Shown: piece after piece, positions 30,962 through 44,185 of the stretch | Layout of the letters: every line of letters begins with the position of its first letter | Position numbering within the stretch: position 1 is the stretch's first letter | Assembly (NCBI GenBank): GCA_963782055.1 | Contig: CAWAIF010000003.1 | Location: forward strand, 992,001-1,056,000 | DNA from: an uncultured delta proteobacterium | GTDB taxonomy: Bacteria > Myxococcota_A > Polyangia > Polyangiales > Polyangiaceae | Length of the DNA stretch: 64,000 nt | Reading direction: 5' to 3' | The notes under the pieces: generated by a model | Database searches by the model: none | Told to the model about the DNA's origin: nothing | The model's input: only the letters and a program-made list of their open reading frames with translations | Program-made: the position numbers and the translations under genes

Positions 30962-33900
30962 TGCCGCCCGTGCGCCGCCGCCGTCTTCTGCTCGCCGGGC
31001 TCGGGGGGACCCTCGTCGTCGGCCTCCTGGGCGTCCTCGCCGCGCTGCTGGCGAGCTGCTCCAGCTCGCCCGCGCCGGTGGCCGTGCACACCTTCGAGCG
31101 CGCCCAGCGCGTCGACATCGTCTGCCTGCAGGTGCTGGACACGACCACCTTCGCGCCCATCACGCCGACGCCGGTCACCCCGTCGCACTGCGGCCCCACG
31201 CCGACGGACATCGACCCCGCGACGGAGCCCTACCACCTGTACGCCCTGGTCACCCAGACACTCCGCGGCGAGCTCGCGGTGGTGGATCTCACGGCCGGCC
31301 AGGAGGTGGACGTCAACGCCGCGCTGCCGGGCACCAGCTTCCTGCCCGTCGGCGCCAACCCGACCGACGTGGCCGCCACGCCGGACGGCGCCATGGTCTT
31401 CGTGGCCTCCGCGGAGGCTAACAAGCCGGCGATCTACGGCATCCCGGGCGCCAGCATTCTGGGCGACGCGACGGCGGTGAATGGCGGCGTCGTCACCGGG
31501 GCGCCCCCGGTGCTCGCCTCGTGGCCCGCCTGCGCGCTGCCGCAGGCACCCGGGCGCATCGCCATCGTGCCGACGACCGCCGCCCCGGGCGATGCCGGCG
31601 CCGACGCGGGCGCGTCGGCCGCCGGGTACGAGGTGGTCGTCGTGCTCCCCGGCAGCGCCACCCAGTCGGCGAAGGTGGTCACGCTGGACACCGCGCGCTT
31701 CATCGACCAGAGCCGCCCGGACCACATCGCCCCCGGGTCCCTCGCGCCGTGCCCCATCTCCGGCGCGGTCGCGCTGAGCGACAAGGTGCCTGGTTCGTGG
31801 CAGCCCGGCCCTGCCTGGCCGGACGGCGTGCCCTACGCCGACGGCGGTGTGGACCTCTTCCAGCCGCTGGACTCAGGCCTGCCTCAGCTCCCCACCTGGG
31901 CGTGCACGTCCACCGCCGACGCCGGCGCCGCCTCCGACGCCGGCATCGCCCTGCGGCCGCTCCCGGGCTCCACGCCGCGGGGCGCGGGCATCGTGACCGA
32001 CGGCAAGTACGTCTACGTGGCGGACAACGGCCTGCCGATCATCCACGTCTTCGACGCCGGCCAGCCGGGGAGCCTGCAGGAGCTCGCGCCCCTCCTCGTC
32101 ACCAGCCGCAACCGGCCGCAGAGCATCGTCACGGCGGGGGAGCTCGCGCTCAGCCCGCCCACGCACGACTACAAGCGTTACCTCTATGCGCTCGACAAGG
32201 AGAACGGCAGCCTCATCGTGTACGACGTGACCGACCCGGTCGCCGGGCCGCACACCCCGCTGGAGCGCCCCAACGCCGAGCTCGATCCCTTCAAGGATCC
32301 GGACCGCATCAACTTCGGCGTGCCCATCACGACCGTGTCCTTCGCGCGGCACGACTTCCCGCTCAGCACCGACGTGATCGCCACGCCGGGCGGCCTGCTC
32401 TGCAACCCCAACCCCAACGTCGGCACGGGCGCCGGCACCTTCACCGACAACAGCGCGGACCCGGTGCACCGCGATCAGGTGCTCGGCGCCAACTACCGCG
32501 CCAACGTCACGCAGTCGGTGGACCTTGGTCCTGCGCGCCTGCGCGGCGTCTTCGCCTTCGCCACACTCTCCAACGGCACCGTCGCCGTGATCGACGTGGA
32601 CGACTGGGACGCGCCCTGCCGCCGGCCGGCGACGCTCTCCGCGTCGTCCCCCCCGCCCGGCGCCCTGGCGCTGCCGCAGGCGAGCTCCGGCCCGGCCGAT
32701 CTGGACCCGTATCACACGCCCGTCGCCGCCTCCGGCGTGGACGGCGGCGCGGAGGAGCAGTACTCGACGCAGGAGGTGAGCTTCCCGGTCGTGGTCCCCA
32801 ACGAGCCGCGGTCGCTCAACGCACTCGTCGACGACCCGACGCTGGGAAGCCACTGGCCGCAGGTCGTCGGCACGCCGCTGCTCTACCAGAACGACGCGCC
32901 GGTCCCCTCCAACAGCAAGTTCGCGCGCATCATGGCGCCGTACCTCCGGGGGGCCGCGGCCTCCGAGCCGGCGCTCAGCGCCGCCAGCCCGCCGAACATC
33001 CTCTTCTCCTTCGACCGGCTGCAGGCCCAGCTCGACCAGGACTGGACCGTCACCTACGAGGGCGCGCTCCCCGGCTTCGACGGCGTGGCGGCGAACCTCT
33101 CCACCGACGACAGCTTCGCGTCCATCCGCCTCGACAGCACCGACGCGCGCTTCTGCCGCGCCGGCGTCGAGGACCACCGCCTCGGGCAGGCCCGCGTGGC
33201 GGACATGGTCGCCGAGGACTCCGGCGCGCACGTGGGCTCCCAGCTCGCCGAGCGCATCGGTGACTACGTGCAGCTCACCGACGACATCCTCCCCGACACC
33301 GATCCGTACTGGCAGGTGGACAACGACTGCTGGGACGTGGACGTCCAGGTGGGCCAGAACAGCACCGTCAACCTGCAGTCCGCCAAGGACCAGCGGCAGC
33401 CGGTCTGCCAGAACAAGTTCGGCGACGCGGCCACGCAGCTCGGGCAGCGCGACTTCCCCATCCTGGAGGCGTACGAGGACCACGTGGTGGTCGGCCGCTA
33501 CCTCTACAACGACGCCGCCAACCGCCCGACCAACGGCCGGATCATCGCCCCGCGCGACACCTCCTCCCAGGTCGACTTCAAGCTCCTCAAGTGCTGTTTC
33601 CACAACCAGGCGCGCTTCCGCGTCCGCACGGGCGGCGAGTGGGTCGCGGTGGGCTCGCAGAGCGGGTACATGCACCACGTCCAGGCGGACCCCAAGACGC
33701 GCGCGTGCGTGTGGTCCTGCGACCCGAACGAGGTGCTCCTCAATTCGCGCGCCCCGGAGTGGGTGGCCGCGGCCAGCGACACCTCGGCGCCCGACCGCAG
33801 CAGCGCCTACGCCGCGCGGAACCCGATGTTTGCGTTCTACATGCGAGCCCCGCCGCTCGCCAACGCCGACAAGGGGTCCATCTTCACGTACACGACGCGT

Positions 33901-34098
33901 GACGCGCTGTGGAAGTGGACCACCACCGGCGGCTACCAGCCGTTCACGGTGAGCCTCACCACCGACACCAACGCGGTCACGCCGCAGTCGATGCGCTACA
34001 TCGCGCCGCTCGGACAGATGGCGGTGGTCGACGGCGCCTCGCAGGGGCTGATGCTCCTGGACCTCAACTCGCTCGCGCTCAGCGCCACCTACTACTAG
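30961..34098 (+). CDS. Large (1045 aa) Cys-rich lipoprotein of unknown function with propeller-like repeats
   Basis: Arg-rich N-terminus and lipobox LASC; LPVGANPTDVAATPDGAMVFVAS, KYVYVADN; TGATG overlap with the upstream gene. Confidence 0.72.
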   Translation: MPPVRRRRLLLAGLGGTLVVGLLGVLAALLASCSSSPAPVAVHTFERAQRVDIVCLQVLDTTTFAPITPTPVTPSHCGPTPTDIDPATEPYHLYALVTQTLRGELAVVDLTAGQEVDVNAALPGTSFLPVGANPTDVAATPDGAMVFVASAEANKPAIYGIPGASILGDATAVNGGVVTGAPPVLASWPACALPQAPGRIAIVPTTAAPGDAGADAGASAAGYEVVVVLPGSATQSAKVVTLDTARFIDQSRPDHIAPGSLAPCPISGAVALSDKVPGSWQPGPAWPDGVPYADGGVDLFQPLDSGLPQLPTWACTSTADAGAASDAGIALRPLPGSTPRGAGIVTDGKYVYVADNGLPIIHVFDAGQPGSLQELAPLLVTSRNRPQSIVTAGELALSPPTHDYKRYLYALDKENGSLIVYDVTDPVAGPHTPLERPNAELDPFKDPDRINFGVPITTVSFARHDFPLSTDVIATPGGLLCNPNPNVGTGAGTFTDNSADPVHRDQVLGANYRANVTQSVDLGPARLRGVFAFATLSNGTVAVIDVDDWDAPCRRPATLSASSPPPGALALPQASSGPADLDPYHTPVAASGVDGGAEEQYSTQEVSFPVVVPNEPRSLNALVDDPTLGSHWPQVVGTPLLYQNDAPVPSNSKFARIMAPYLRGAAASEPALSAASPPNILFSFDRLQAQLDQDWTVTYEGALPGFDGVAANLSTDDSFASIRLDSTDARFCRAGVEDHRLGQARVADMVAEDSGAHVGSQLAERIGDYVQLTDDILPDTDPYWQVDNDCWDVDVQVGQNSTVNLQSAKDQRQPVCQNKFGDAATQLGQRDFPILEAYEDHVVVGRYLYNDAANRPTNGRIIAPRDTSSQVDFKLLKCCFHNQARFRVRTGGEWVAVGSQSGYMHHVQADPKTRACVWSCDPNEVLLNSRAPEWVAAASDTSAPDRSSAYAARNPMFAFYMRAPPLANADKGSIFTYTTRDALWKWTTTGGYQPFTVSLTTDTNAVTPQSMRYIAPLGQMAVVDGASQGLMLLDLNSLALSATYY

Positions 34099-34103
34099 GC
34101 GCC

Positions 34104-36749
34104 ATGCCGAAGGAGGCTGCGGGCGCCGCCACGCCGGTGATGCGGCAGTACCTGGAGGCCAAGGCCCTCCACCCCGACGCGCTGCTCCTCTTCCGGCTGG
34201 GGGACTTCTACGAGCTGTTCTTCGAGGACGCGGTCGTGGCGGCGCGCGCGCTCGACCTCACCCTCACCAGCCGCAACAAGGGCGCGGCGGACCCCATCCC
34301 CATGGCCGGCGTGCCGTACCACGCCGCCAGCGGGTACATCCAGCGGCTGCTCGAGCAGGGCTTCAAGGTGGCCCTCTGCGAGCAGATGGCGGACCCGTCG
34401 AAGGTCAAGGGCATCGTCCCGCGTGAGGTGGTGCGGGTGGTGACGCCAGGGATCGTCTTCGACGACGCGGGCCTGAGCGCGCGGCGGAACCACTACGTGG
34501 CCGCCATCGAGCGCACGGCCGAGTCCTTCGGCGTCGCGGCGCTGGACATGTCGACGGGGGAGCTCGCCGCGTGCGACACGCCGGACGAGTCCGCCGCCGC
34601 CGCCGAGCTGCTCCGCCTGGATCCGGCCGAGGTGCTCGTCGGGCCGGGCGCCGAGTCCGCGGTCGCCCCCCTGCGCGAGCGCCGCCCGCGCCTCGCGGTG
34701 CGCGAGGTGCCCGGGCCGATGGAGGACGCCGCCGCGCGGGAGGCGGTGGACGCGCTCGTCGCGAAGGGCGAGGCGAAGCGGAGCGGGGCGAGCCCGGCGG
34801 CGCTGCGGGCGGCGGCGCGCGTGCTCCTGCTGGCGCGCGAGTGCGAGGCCGGCCGGGCGTCGCCGGTCGTCCGCCTCGCCGCGTACACGCTGGGCGATAC
34901 CCTGCTGCTGGACGAGGCGACGCAGTCGCACCTGGAGCTCGTCCGGACGATGGCGGGCGAGACCGAGGGATCGCTCCTCGCGCAGGTGGACGAGACGCGC
35001 ACCGGGCCGGGCGCGCGGCTGCTCCGCCGCCGGCTCCTCGCGCCTCGCACCGATGTGACGGAGGTGCGCCGGCGGCTGGACGCGGTGGAGTTCTTCGTCA
35101 CCCAGCCGGGCCTGCGGCGGGAGGTGCGCGAGCGCCTCGGGGAGGTGCGCGACCTGGAGCGGCTGGTGGTGAAGGCGACGATGGGGCGCGCCGGCCCGCG
35201 CGATCTCGCGGCGCTCCGGGCCTCCCTCGCGGTGCTCCCGGCGCTGCGCGATGCCCTGGAGGCGTGCCCGGACCCGACGGGCCGCGAGGCGTTCGGGATC
35301 GGGCCGGGGGTGCCGTGGCTGGACACGTGCGGCGAGCTCGGCGCCCTGCTGGACGCGCGCGTCGCGCCGGACCCGCCCCTGCGCGTCACGGAGGGCGGGG
35401 CGATGCGGGAGGGCTTCGACCCCGCGCTGGACGAGTCGCGCGCGCTGATGCGCGACGGGCAGCGGCTCATCGTCGACCTGGAGGCGCGCCTGCGGGAGTC
35501 GACCCAGATCGGCAGCCTGAAGCTGCGCTACACGCGCGTCTTCGGCTGGTACGCGGAGGTCACGCGCACGCACGCGGCGAAGGTGCCCCAGGCCTGGCGT
35601 CGCAAGCAGACGGTGGCCACGGGCGAGCGCTACACCACCGAGGAGCTGGACGACCTCGCCGACAAGCTCGCGCACGCCGAGGAGCGCGCGCAGGCGCGGG
35701 AGGCGGAGCTGTTCGAGGACACGGTGCGCGCGGTGGCGAGGGAGGCGGAGCGCGTGCGTCGCACCGCCGCGCGGGTCGCGGAGCTGGACGTCACCGCGGC
35801 GCTGGCGGAGGTCGCCCACCAGCGCGACTACTGCCGCCCGGAGGTGGACGACTCGCTGCGCCTGGAGCTACAGGACGCGCGCCACCCGGTCGTCGAGCGG
35901 CTCGCCGCCGAGGGCCGCTTCGTGCCCAACGACGTGACGCTCGACGCCTCCCCGGACGCCGACGAGGCGCGCCTGTGGCTGGTCACCGGCCCCAACATGG
36001 CGGGCAAGTCCACGCTCATGCGGCAGGTGGCCCTGGCGGTCATCCTCGCGCAGATGGGCTCCTTCGTCCCCGCGCGCCGCGCGCACGTGGGCGTCGTCGA
36101 CAGAGTGCTGACGCGCGTCGGCGCGAGCGACAACCTCTCCCGCGGGGAGAGCACCTTCATGGTGGAGATGAAGGAGACGGCCAACGTGCTGCGCCGGGCG
36201 ACGGCGCGATCGCTGGTGGTGCTGGACGAGATCGGCCGCGGCACCTCCACCTACGACGGCCTGTCCATCGCGTGGGCCGTCGCCGAGCACCTGCACGACA
36301 TCGCCGGCTGCCGCGCCATGTTCGCCACGCACTACCACGAGCTCACCGAGCTGGCGGCGACGCTCGCCGGTTGCGAGAACTGGAGCGTCTCGGCGCGGGA
36401 GCACGCCGGCGAGATCGTCTTCTTGCACAAGCTCCAGCGCGGGGCCGCCTCCCGCAGCTACGGCGTCGCGTGCGCGCGCCTCGCCGGGGTGCCGGAGCCG
36501 GTGCTCGCCCGCGCGCGCGCCATCCTGGCGGACCTCGAGCGCGGCGCGGCGCTGCCTGGCGGCGCGCACGCGAGCCTGCGAGGCCGCACCGCCGCCGGCC
36601 GCGCGCAGCTGGACCTCTTCGCCCGGGGCGCGCCGCCGCCGGCCGCGCCTGACCCGGCGCTGGAGACGCTGCGCGCGGTGGACGTGGACCGGCTCACGCC
36701 GCTCGAGGCGCTGCAGCTCGTGGCGAGCCTGAAGAAACAGCTCACGTGA
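34104..36749 (+). CDS. mutS: DNA mismatch repair protein MutS
   Basis: TPVMRQY, GDFYELF, GPNMAGKST, GESTFMVEM, DEIGRGTST, FATHYHEL, C-terminal clamp motif QLDLF. Confidence 0.97.
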   Translation: MPKEAAGAATPVMRQYLEAKALHPDALLLFRLGDFYELFFEDAVVAARALDLTLTSRNKGAADPIPMAGVPYHAASGYIQRLLEQGFKVALCEQMADPSKVKGIVPREVVRVVTPGIVFDDAGLSARRNHYVAAIERTAESFGVAALDMSTGELAACDTPDESAAAAELLRLDPAEVLVGPGAESAVAPLRERRPRLAVREVPGPMEDAAAREAVDALVAKGEAKRSGASPAALRAAARVLLLARECEAGRASPVVRLAAYTLGDTLLLDEATQSHLELVRTMAGETEGSLLAQVDETRTGPGARLLRRRLLAPRTDVTEVRRRLDAVEFFVTQPGLRREVRERLGEVRDLERLVVKATMGRAGPRDLAALRASLAVLPALRDALEACPDPTGREAFGIGPGVPWLDTCGELGALLDARVAPDPPLRVTEGGAMREGFDPALDESRALMRDGQRLIVDLEARLRESTQIGSLKLRYTRVFGWYAEVTRTHAAKVPQAWRRKQTVATGERYTTEELDDLADKLAHAEERAQAREAELFEDTVRAVAREAERVRRTAARVAELDVTAALAEVAHQRDYCRPEVDDSLRLELQDARHPVVERLAAEGRFVPNDVTLDASPDADEARLWLVTGPNMAGKSTLMRQVALAVILAQMGSFVPARRAHVGVVDRVLTRVGASDNLSRGESTFMVEMKETANVLRRATARSLVVLDEIGRGTSTYDGLSIAWAVAEHLHDIAGCRAMFATHYHELTELAATLAGCENWSVSAREHAGEIVFLHKLQRGAASRSYGVACARLAGVPEPVLARARAILADLERGAALPGGAHASLRGRTAAGRAQLDLFARGAPPPAAPDPALETLRAVDVDRLTPLEALQLVASLKKQLT

Positions 36750-37642
36750 CCGCCTCCTCCTCGCCCGCCCGCGGAGCCCTGGGCGGATACCTCATGGTGA
36801 TCGCCGCCGCGACGTCGTGGGGGTGCTGGCCGTTCATCCTGCGCCACGCGGAGCGCTTCGGCCCGGTGGACGCGCGCCTGGAGTCGGCGGTCGTCATGAT
36901 CACCCTCACGCTGGTGACGCTGCCGCTCGCGCTGCGATCGCGCGGGGCGTCGCGGCGGCGCACGGCGGCCGGGTGGCTCGGCGTGGCGTGGCTCGGCGTG
37001 AGCGACGCCCTCAACGTCGTCCTCCTCTTCACCGCCTACAGGACGACGAGCGTGAGCATCGCGGTGCTCACGCACTACCTCACACCGGTGCTCGTCGCCG
37101 TGGCCGCGCCGCTGGTGCTCGCCGAGCGCGCCACGCGTACGACGCTCCTTTCGGTCGTGGTCGCCGTGCTCGGGCTGCTGCTCCTGCTGCGTCCGTGGGA
37201 GGTCTCCGCCGCCCCGCACGACGCGCTGGGCGCGGCGTTCGGCGCCGGCAGCGCGGTCTTCTACGCCTCCAACGTGCTGGTCAACAAGCGCCTCGCCGGC
37301 GGCTTCACGCCCGCCGAGCTGATGGGCTACCACGGCGTCGTCGCCGCGCCGCTGCTGGCGGCGCTGGTACCCGCGGCGGCGTGGCACGCCGTGGCGTGGC
37401 CGTCGCTCGGCGTGCTGGTGCTCGGCGGGCTGGGGCCCGGGGCGATCGCGGGGCTGCTCTTCGTGGGCGCGCTGCACCGTGTCCCGGCGAGCCACGCCTC
37501 GACGCTGACGCTGCTGGAGCCGCTCGTCGCGGTGCTCTTCGCCGTGGTCACCTTGCACGAGCGCCTTTCGGTGCTCGCCGTGGTGGGAGCTGCCATGATC
37601 CTGGGCGGCGCCGTTGCCGTGATGCGTCAAGCGCCGACCTGA
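36746..37642 (+). CDS. DMT/EamA-family transporter
   Basis: About 10 TMs in two EamA repeats (AATSWG; TLLEPLVAVLFAVVTLHERLS); GTGA overlap with mutS. Confidence 0.88.
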   Translation: MTASSSPARGALGGYLMVIAAATSWGCWPFILRHAERFGPVDARLESAVVMITLTLVTLPLALRSRGASRRRTAAGWLGVAWLGVSDALNVVLLFTAYRTTSVSIAVLTHYLTPVLVAVAAPLVLAERATRTTLLSVVVAVLGLLLLLRPWEVSAAPHDALGAAFGAGSAVFYASNVLVNKRLAGGFTPAELMGYHGVVAAPLLAALVPAAAWHAVAWPSLGVLVLGGLGPGAIAGLLFVGALHRVPASHASTLTLLEPLVAVLFAVVTLHERLSVLAVVGAAMILGGAVAVMRQAPT

Positions 37643-37770
37643 TGTGCGCCCATGTGCGCGCCCACAATCGAAGTGCGCCATCGGTGGTGCTGCCGTACGA
37701 TTCCACACGGTGCGCGCTGCGCTGCGCGGTTCCCGCCGTCGTGATGGATCGCTTGCTTCGGAGGCGTGAG

Positions 37771-39588
37771 ATGAGGTTTCGCTGGGTCTCGGTCGGTTCC
37801 ATTCTTCTGCTCGCCACATGCGCCGCGTGCGGCGGCTCCGATCCGAGCAAGTTCGGCGAGGGCACCGACGGCGGGCCGGCCACCGACAGCGGGGTGCCCG
37901 GCGACGATGGCGGCGACCCCTTCGGCAACGTGGACGGAGGCGACGGCGGCGGCAAGAAGCTCGGCTGCAGCGGGGACCTTCGCAACGTCATCGACGAGCA
38001 GGGCGTCGTGCAGACGACGTGTCCGCCCGACCAGGGCTGCGCCGGCGGCAAGTGCATCGCCGCGTGCGACGCGGCCGCCGCCAGCAGGGGCAGCGTCGGG
38101 TGCGACTACGTCGTGCCGACGCCGTCCTTCTACGCCTACATCAAGCCGCCGTGCTTCGCGGTCTTCGTGGCCAACAACTGGCCGAAGGACGTCATGCTCA
38201 CCGTCACGCGCGGCGGCACGAGCTACGACGTCACCAAGTTCGGCCGCATCCCGCAGTCGGGCACTCCCGTCACGAGCTGGCCGGCCGTCCCGTCGACCGG
38301 CCTCCCCGCGGGCAAGGTGGCCATCCTCTTCATGTCCGACGATCCCAACTCGGTGAACGGCGGGCCGCTCACCTGCCCGATCACCCCGGCGATCCGCCAG
38401 ACCTACGGCACCGCCATCAGCGGCTCCGGCGGCGGGCCGAACGTCACCGGCCGCGGCGAGGCGTGGCACATCGTCAGCAGCGTCCCGGTCACCAACTACG
38501 ACATCCTGCCGTACGGCGGCGCCAGCTCCTACCTGCCCAGCGCCGAGCTGCTCTTTCCCACCACCGCGTGGGGCACCAACTACTTCGGCGTCGTCCCCCA
38601 GCGCGGCAACTCCAGCCCGCAGTGGGGCCAGATCGTGGCCTACAAGGACAACACCCAGGTCACCGTCTTCCCCAACGTCGCGCTCCCCTCCGGCACCAAC
38701 GTCGTCGCGGCCCCCGCCAACAAGCAGACCACCTACACGCTCAAGGCGGGCGAGTACGTCCAGTGGCAGGAGTCGAACGAGATGAGCGGCACGGTCATCC
38801 AGTCGACCAACCCCATCGGCTTCTTCGGTGGCCTCGGCTACGACTGCTACTCCTCCAAGACCTCCAGCGGCGGCGGCTGCGACTCCGCCCACCAGGAGGT
38901 GCCGCCGGTGTCCGCCTACGGCTCGGAGTACGCCATCCCGCCGTACACGACGCGCATGGCGAGCAAGCAGGACGAGTCCATCCGCTACCGCTTCGTCGGG
39001 GCGGTCAAGGGGACCAACCTCACCTACAGCCCGCAGATCGCCGGCGCGCCCGCGTCGCTCGCTGTCGGGCAGGTCGTCGATTTCGAGGCGACGGGGCCCT
39101 TCGTGGTGAAGGCGCAGGACAACGACCACCCCTTCTTCGTCGGGCAGGTCATGTCGGGCTGCAGCGTCTCCGGCGGAAGCGTGGGCGGCGGCTGCCTCGG
39201 CGACGAGGAGTACGTGAACATCCTCGCGCCCGCGCAGTTCCTCACCAAGTACGTCTTCTTCACCGACCCGACCTACAAGACCACCAACCTGGTCTTCACC
39301 CGCGTGAAGAACGGCAGCGGCTTCCACGACGTGAAGCTGGACTGTGCGGGCACGCTCACCGGCTGGAAGCCGCTCGGCGGCACGGGCAACTACGAGATCA
39401 CCAACATCGATCTCATCCGCAACGGCACCAAGAACGGCACGTGCGACAACGGCCCGCACACCGCGTCGAGCGACGGCCCCTTCGGCATCATGGTCTGGGG
39501 CCTCGACACCTACTCCTCGTACGCGTACCCGGCCGGCGGCAACATCGCGCCGATCAACACCGTCGTCGTGCCCCCGCAGCCGCATTGA
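37771..39588 (+). CDS. Lipoprotein with IgGFc-binding-protein N-terminal-type domain
   Basis: Lipobox CAAC; SVGCDY, SAELLFPTTAWGTNY, CDSAHQEVPP, QFLTKYVF, DGPFGIMVWG..SYAYPAG; GGAGG RBS. Confidence 0.8.
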   Translation: MRFRWVSVGSILLLATCAACGGSDPSKFGEGTDGGPATDSGVPGDDGGDPFGNVDGGDGGGKKLGCSGDLRNVIDEQGVVQTTCPPDQGCAGGKCIAACDAAAASRGSVGCDYVVPTPSFYAYIKPPCFAVFVANNWPKDVMLTVTRGGTSYDVTKFGRIPQSGTPVTSWPAVPSTGLPAGKVAILFMSDDPNSVNGGPLTCPITPAIRQTYGTAISGSGGGPNVTGRGEAWHIVSSVPVTNYDILPYGGASSYLPSAELLFPTTAWGTNYFGVVPQRGNSSPQWGQIVAYKDNTQVTVFPNVALPSGTNVVAAPANKQTTYTLKAGEYVQWQESNEMSGTVIQSTNPIGFFGGLGYDCYSSKTSSGGGCDSAHQEVPPVSAYGSEYAIPPYTTRMASKQDESIRYRFVGAVKGTNLTYSPQIAGAPASLAVGQVVDFEATGPFVVKAQDNDHPFFVGQVMSGCSVSGGSVGGGCLGDEEYVNILAPAQFLTKYVFFTDPTYKTTNLVFTRVKNGSGFHDVKLDCAGTLTGWKPLGGTGNYEITNIDLIRNGTKNGTCDNGPHTASSDGPFGIMVWGLDTYSSYAYPAGGNIAPINTVVVPPQPH

Positions 39589-39605
39589 GCCGCAGCCCCC
39601 GGCCC

Positions 39606-39626
39606 CCTCTCCCTGCGAGGGAGAGG
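39606..39626. terminator. Perfect hairpin between convergent genes (terminator or REP-like)
   Basis: CCTCTCCCT-GCG-AGGGAGAGG, 9-bp stem. Confidence 0.55.
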
Positions 39627-39635
39627 CTCCCCATT

Positions 39636-41114
39636 TCAGCGGCTGGGGTTGGTGTCCACGCAGGTGGCACCCTCCGGGCGCACCGCCACCTCGTCGGCCG
39701 GGAGGCCCAGGTCGGCGGCCAGGTGGCGGCCGGTGTCGCGCAGCGCCTCCTCCGCCACCTCCCGGAAGACGGCGAGCTTCGCCTCGTCGGCGAGCACCAC
39801 GTGAAACTGCCGTAGCCGCGTCCCGCCGAGGGCGAGGTGCCACTTGAGCGCGGTCATCATCGCGCTGGCGCACGTCTCCATGGTCACCCGCGCGACGCCC
39901 GTGCCGAGGGCGGGCACCGCGAGCGAGCGCAGGCCCAGCTCGTCGGCGAGCAGCAGGCTGCGGAGCATCGCCCGCGCGACGCACGAGGCCTCGTTCCAGG
40001 CGCTCACCGCGTGCAGCACGTACTTCGCCGAGAGCTTCCCCGCGGTGGTCGCCACGCAGCTCCCCAGCGGCTGCTGGCCGTCCTTCGTCGCCTCCTTCTC
40101 GATGACGTCGCCGCCCTTCTGGCGCAGCGCCTTGCCCACCCCGGTGCGCATGGTCATCTCGTAGTTGCTCGAGTTGACGATCCCGTCGGCGCGCGCGTCG
40201 GCGATGTCCCCCGCGCTGAAGTGGATGGTGCACTCGCCGATGCGGAAGGTGTGCCGCTCGACGAACACCACCGGCGCGCGGTTCACGTTCTGTCCGAGGG
40301 TGTGCTCCAGCTGCGCGAACTGCCGCGCGGGCTCGCGCAGGTCCGCCGGGCGGTGCTCCTCGTCCTTGGAGAGCATGTCGGAGAGGACGTGCTGGAAGTA
40401 CGCCTCCGCCGGGGTGTGCGGCGCCGGCATGCGCGGCGGACGTGCGGGATCGAGCGTCTGGTCCACCGTCTCGAAGGGCGGCTTCCCGTAGCGGAGGTCA
40501 CACGCGGTGGCGCCGGCGCCCCACACGTCGGTGCGACGGGAGACCTTGCCGTTGGCGAGCTGCTCCGGCGCCATGAAGCGCAGCGTGCCGGACACCTCCT
40601 TCGTCTCCTCGGCGTTCCTGACGGCGATCCCGAAGTCCCCGAGGCGAATGCCCGTCTCCGGCGTGGCGAAGAGATTGGACGGCTTGACGTCGCGGTGCAC
40701 CACGCCCGCCTGGTGCGCGGCCTGGAGCGCCTCGCACGACTGCTTCATCACGTGGCACACGAACCAGAGCGGCAGCCCGATGCCCAGTGACGCGCGGCGG
40801 CGGCGGTCCAGCTCGGCCAGGTCGATGCCGTCGACGTACTCCTGCACCAGGTACGGGATGTTGCCGTGCGTCCCCGCGTCGATGGCACGCACGACGTGGG
40901 GGTTGGTGATGCGCGCCATGAAGCGCGCCTCGTTGAGCACGCGCTCCGCCTCGCGTCCGGCCATCGTGCCGCTCGGGAAGTCGGCGCGCAGCGTCTTGAT
41001 GATGACCGGTACGCAGAGCACGGTGTGCTTGGCGAGCCACACCTCGCTCATCCCGCCCTCGCCGAGCCTCCCCCAGATCTCGTAGTCGCGAATGCGCGCC
41101 GGCAGCGTGCTCAT
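39636..41114 (-). CDS. Hanks-type Ser/Thr kinase fused to a C-terminal macrodomain
   Basis: Kinase: LGEGGMSEV, IIK, HRDVKPSN, DFG, MAPE, DVW. Macro: GDIA..ADGIVNSSN, TTAGKLSAKYVLHAV, SLAVPALGTGV. No TM. Confidence 0.9.
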   Translation of the reverse strand: MSTLPARIRDYEIWGRLGEGGMSEVWLAKHTVLCVPVIIKTLRADFPSGTMAGREAERVLNEARFMARITNPHVVRAIDAGTHGNIPYLVQEYVDGIDLAELDRRRRASLGIGLPLWFVCHVMKQSCEALQAAHQAGVVHRDVKPSNLFATPETGIRLGDFGIAVRNAEETKEVSGTLRFMAPEQLANGKVSRRTDVWGAGATACDLRYGKPPFETVDQTLDPARPPRMPAPHTPAEAYFQHVLSDMLSKDEEHRPADLREPARQFAQLEHTLGQNVNRAPVVFVERHTFRIGECTIHFSAGDIADARADGIVNSSNYEMTMRTGVGKALRQKGGDVIEKEATKDGQQPLGSCVATTAGKLSAKYVLHAVSAWNEASCVARAMLRSLLLADELGLRSLAVPALGTGVARVTMETCASAMMTALKWHLALGGTRLRQFHVVLADEAKLAVFREVAEEALRDTGRHLAADLGLPADEVAVRPEGATCVDTNPSR

Positions 41115-41218
41115 GGCGCCATCGTAGCATTCCGCCCCGCCGTCTCCCCTCAGCCTCGCGGCGGCACCCCGAGGAATTCACCTCACCCGGGGCGGGGCGG
41201 CGGGTGCCGCCCCGGCGA

Positions 41219-44101
<2,883 letters not shown>

Positions 44102-44185
44102 GGGACAACCTCGCAGAGTCGAAAAAACTGGCCGCCTATGTAGCACAGCGCGGCCGGCCGCGACGCGCCCTCCCGGCGCGCATCC

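Noticed and set aside
44102..44185. Glycine riboswitch upstream of gcvP
   Set aside because: Only about 85 bp are available, with no GGAGA...CCGAAG aptamer core. gcvT and gcvH are also not adjacent.
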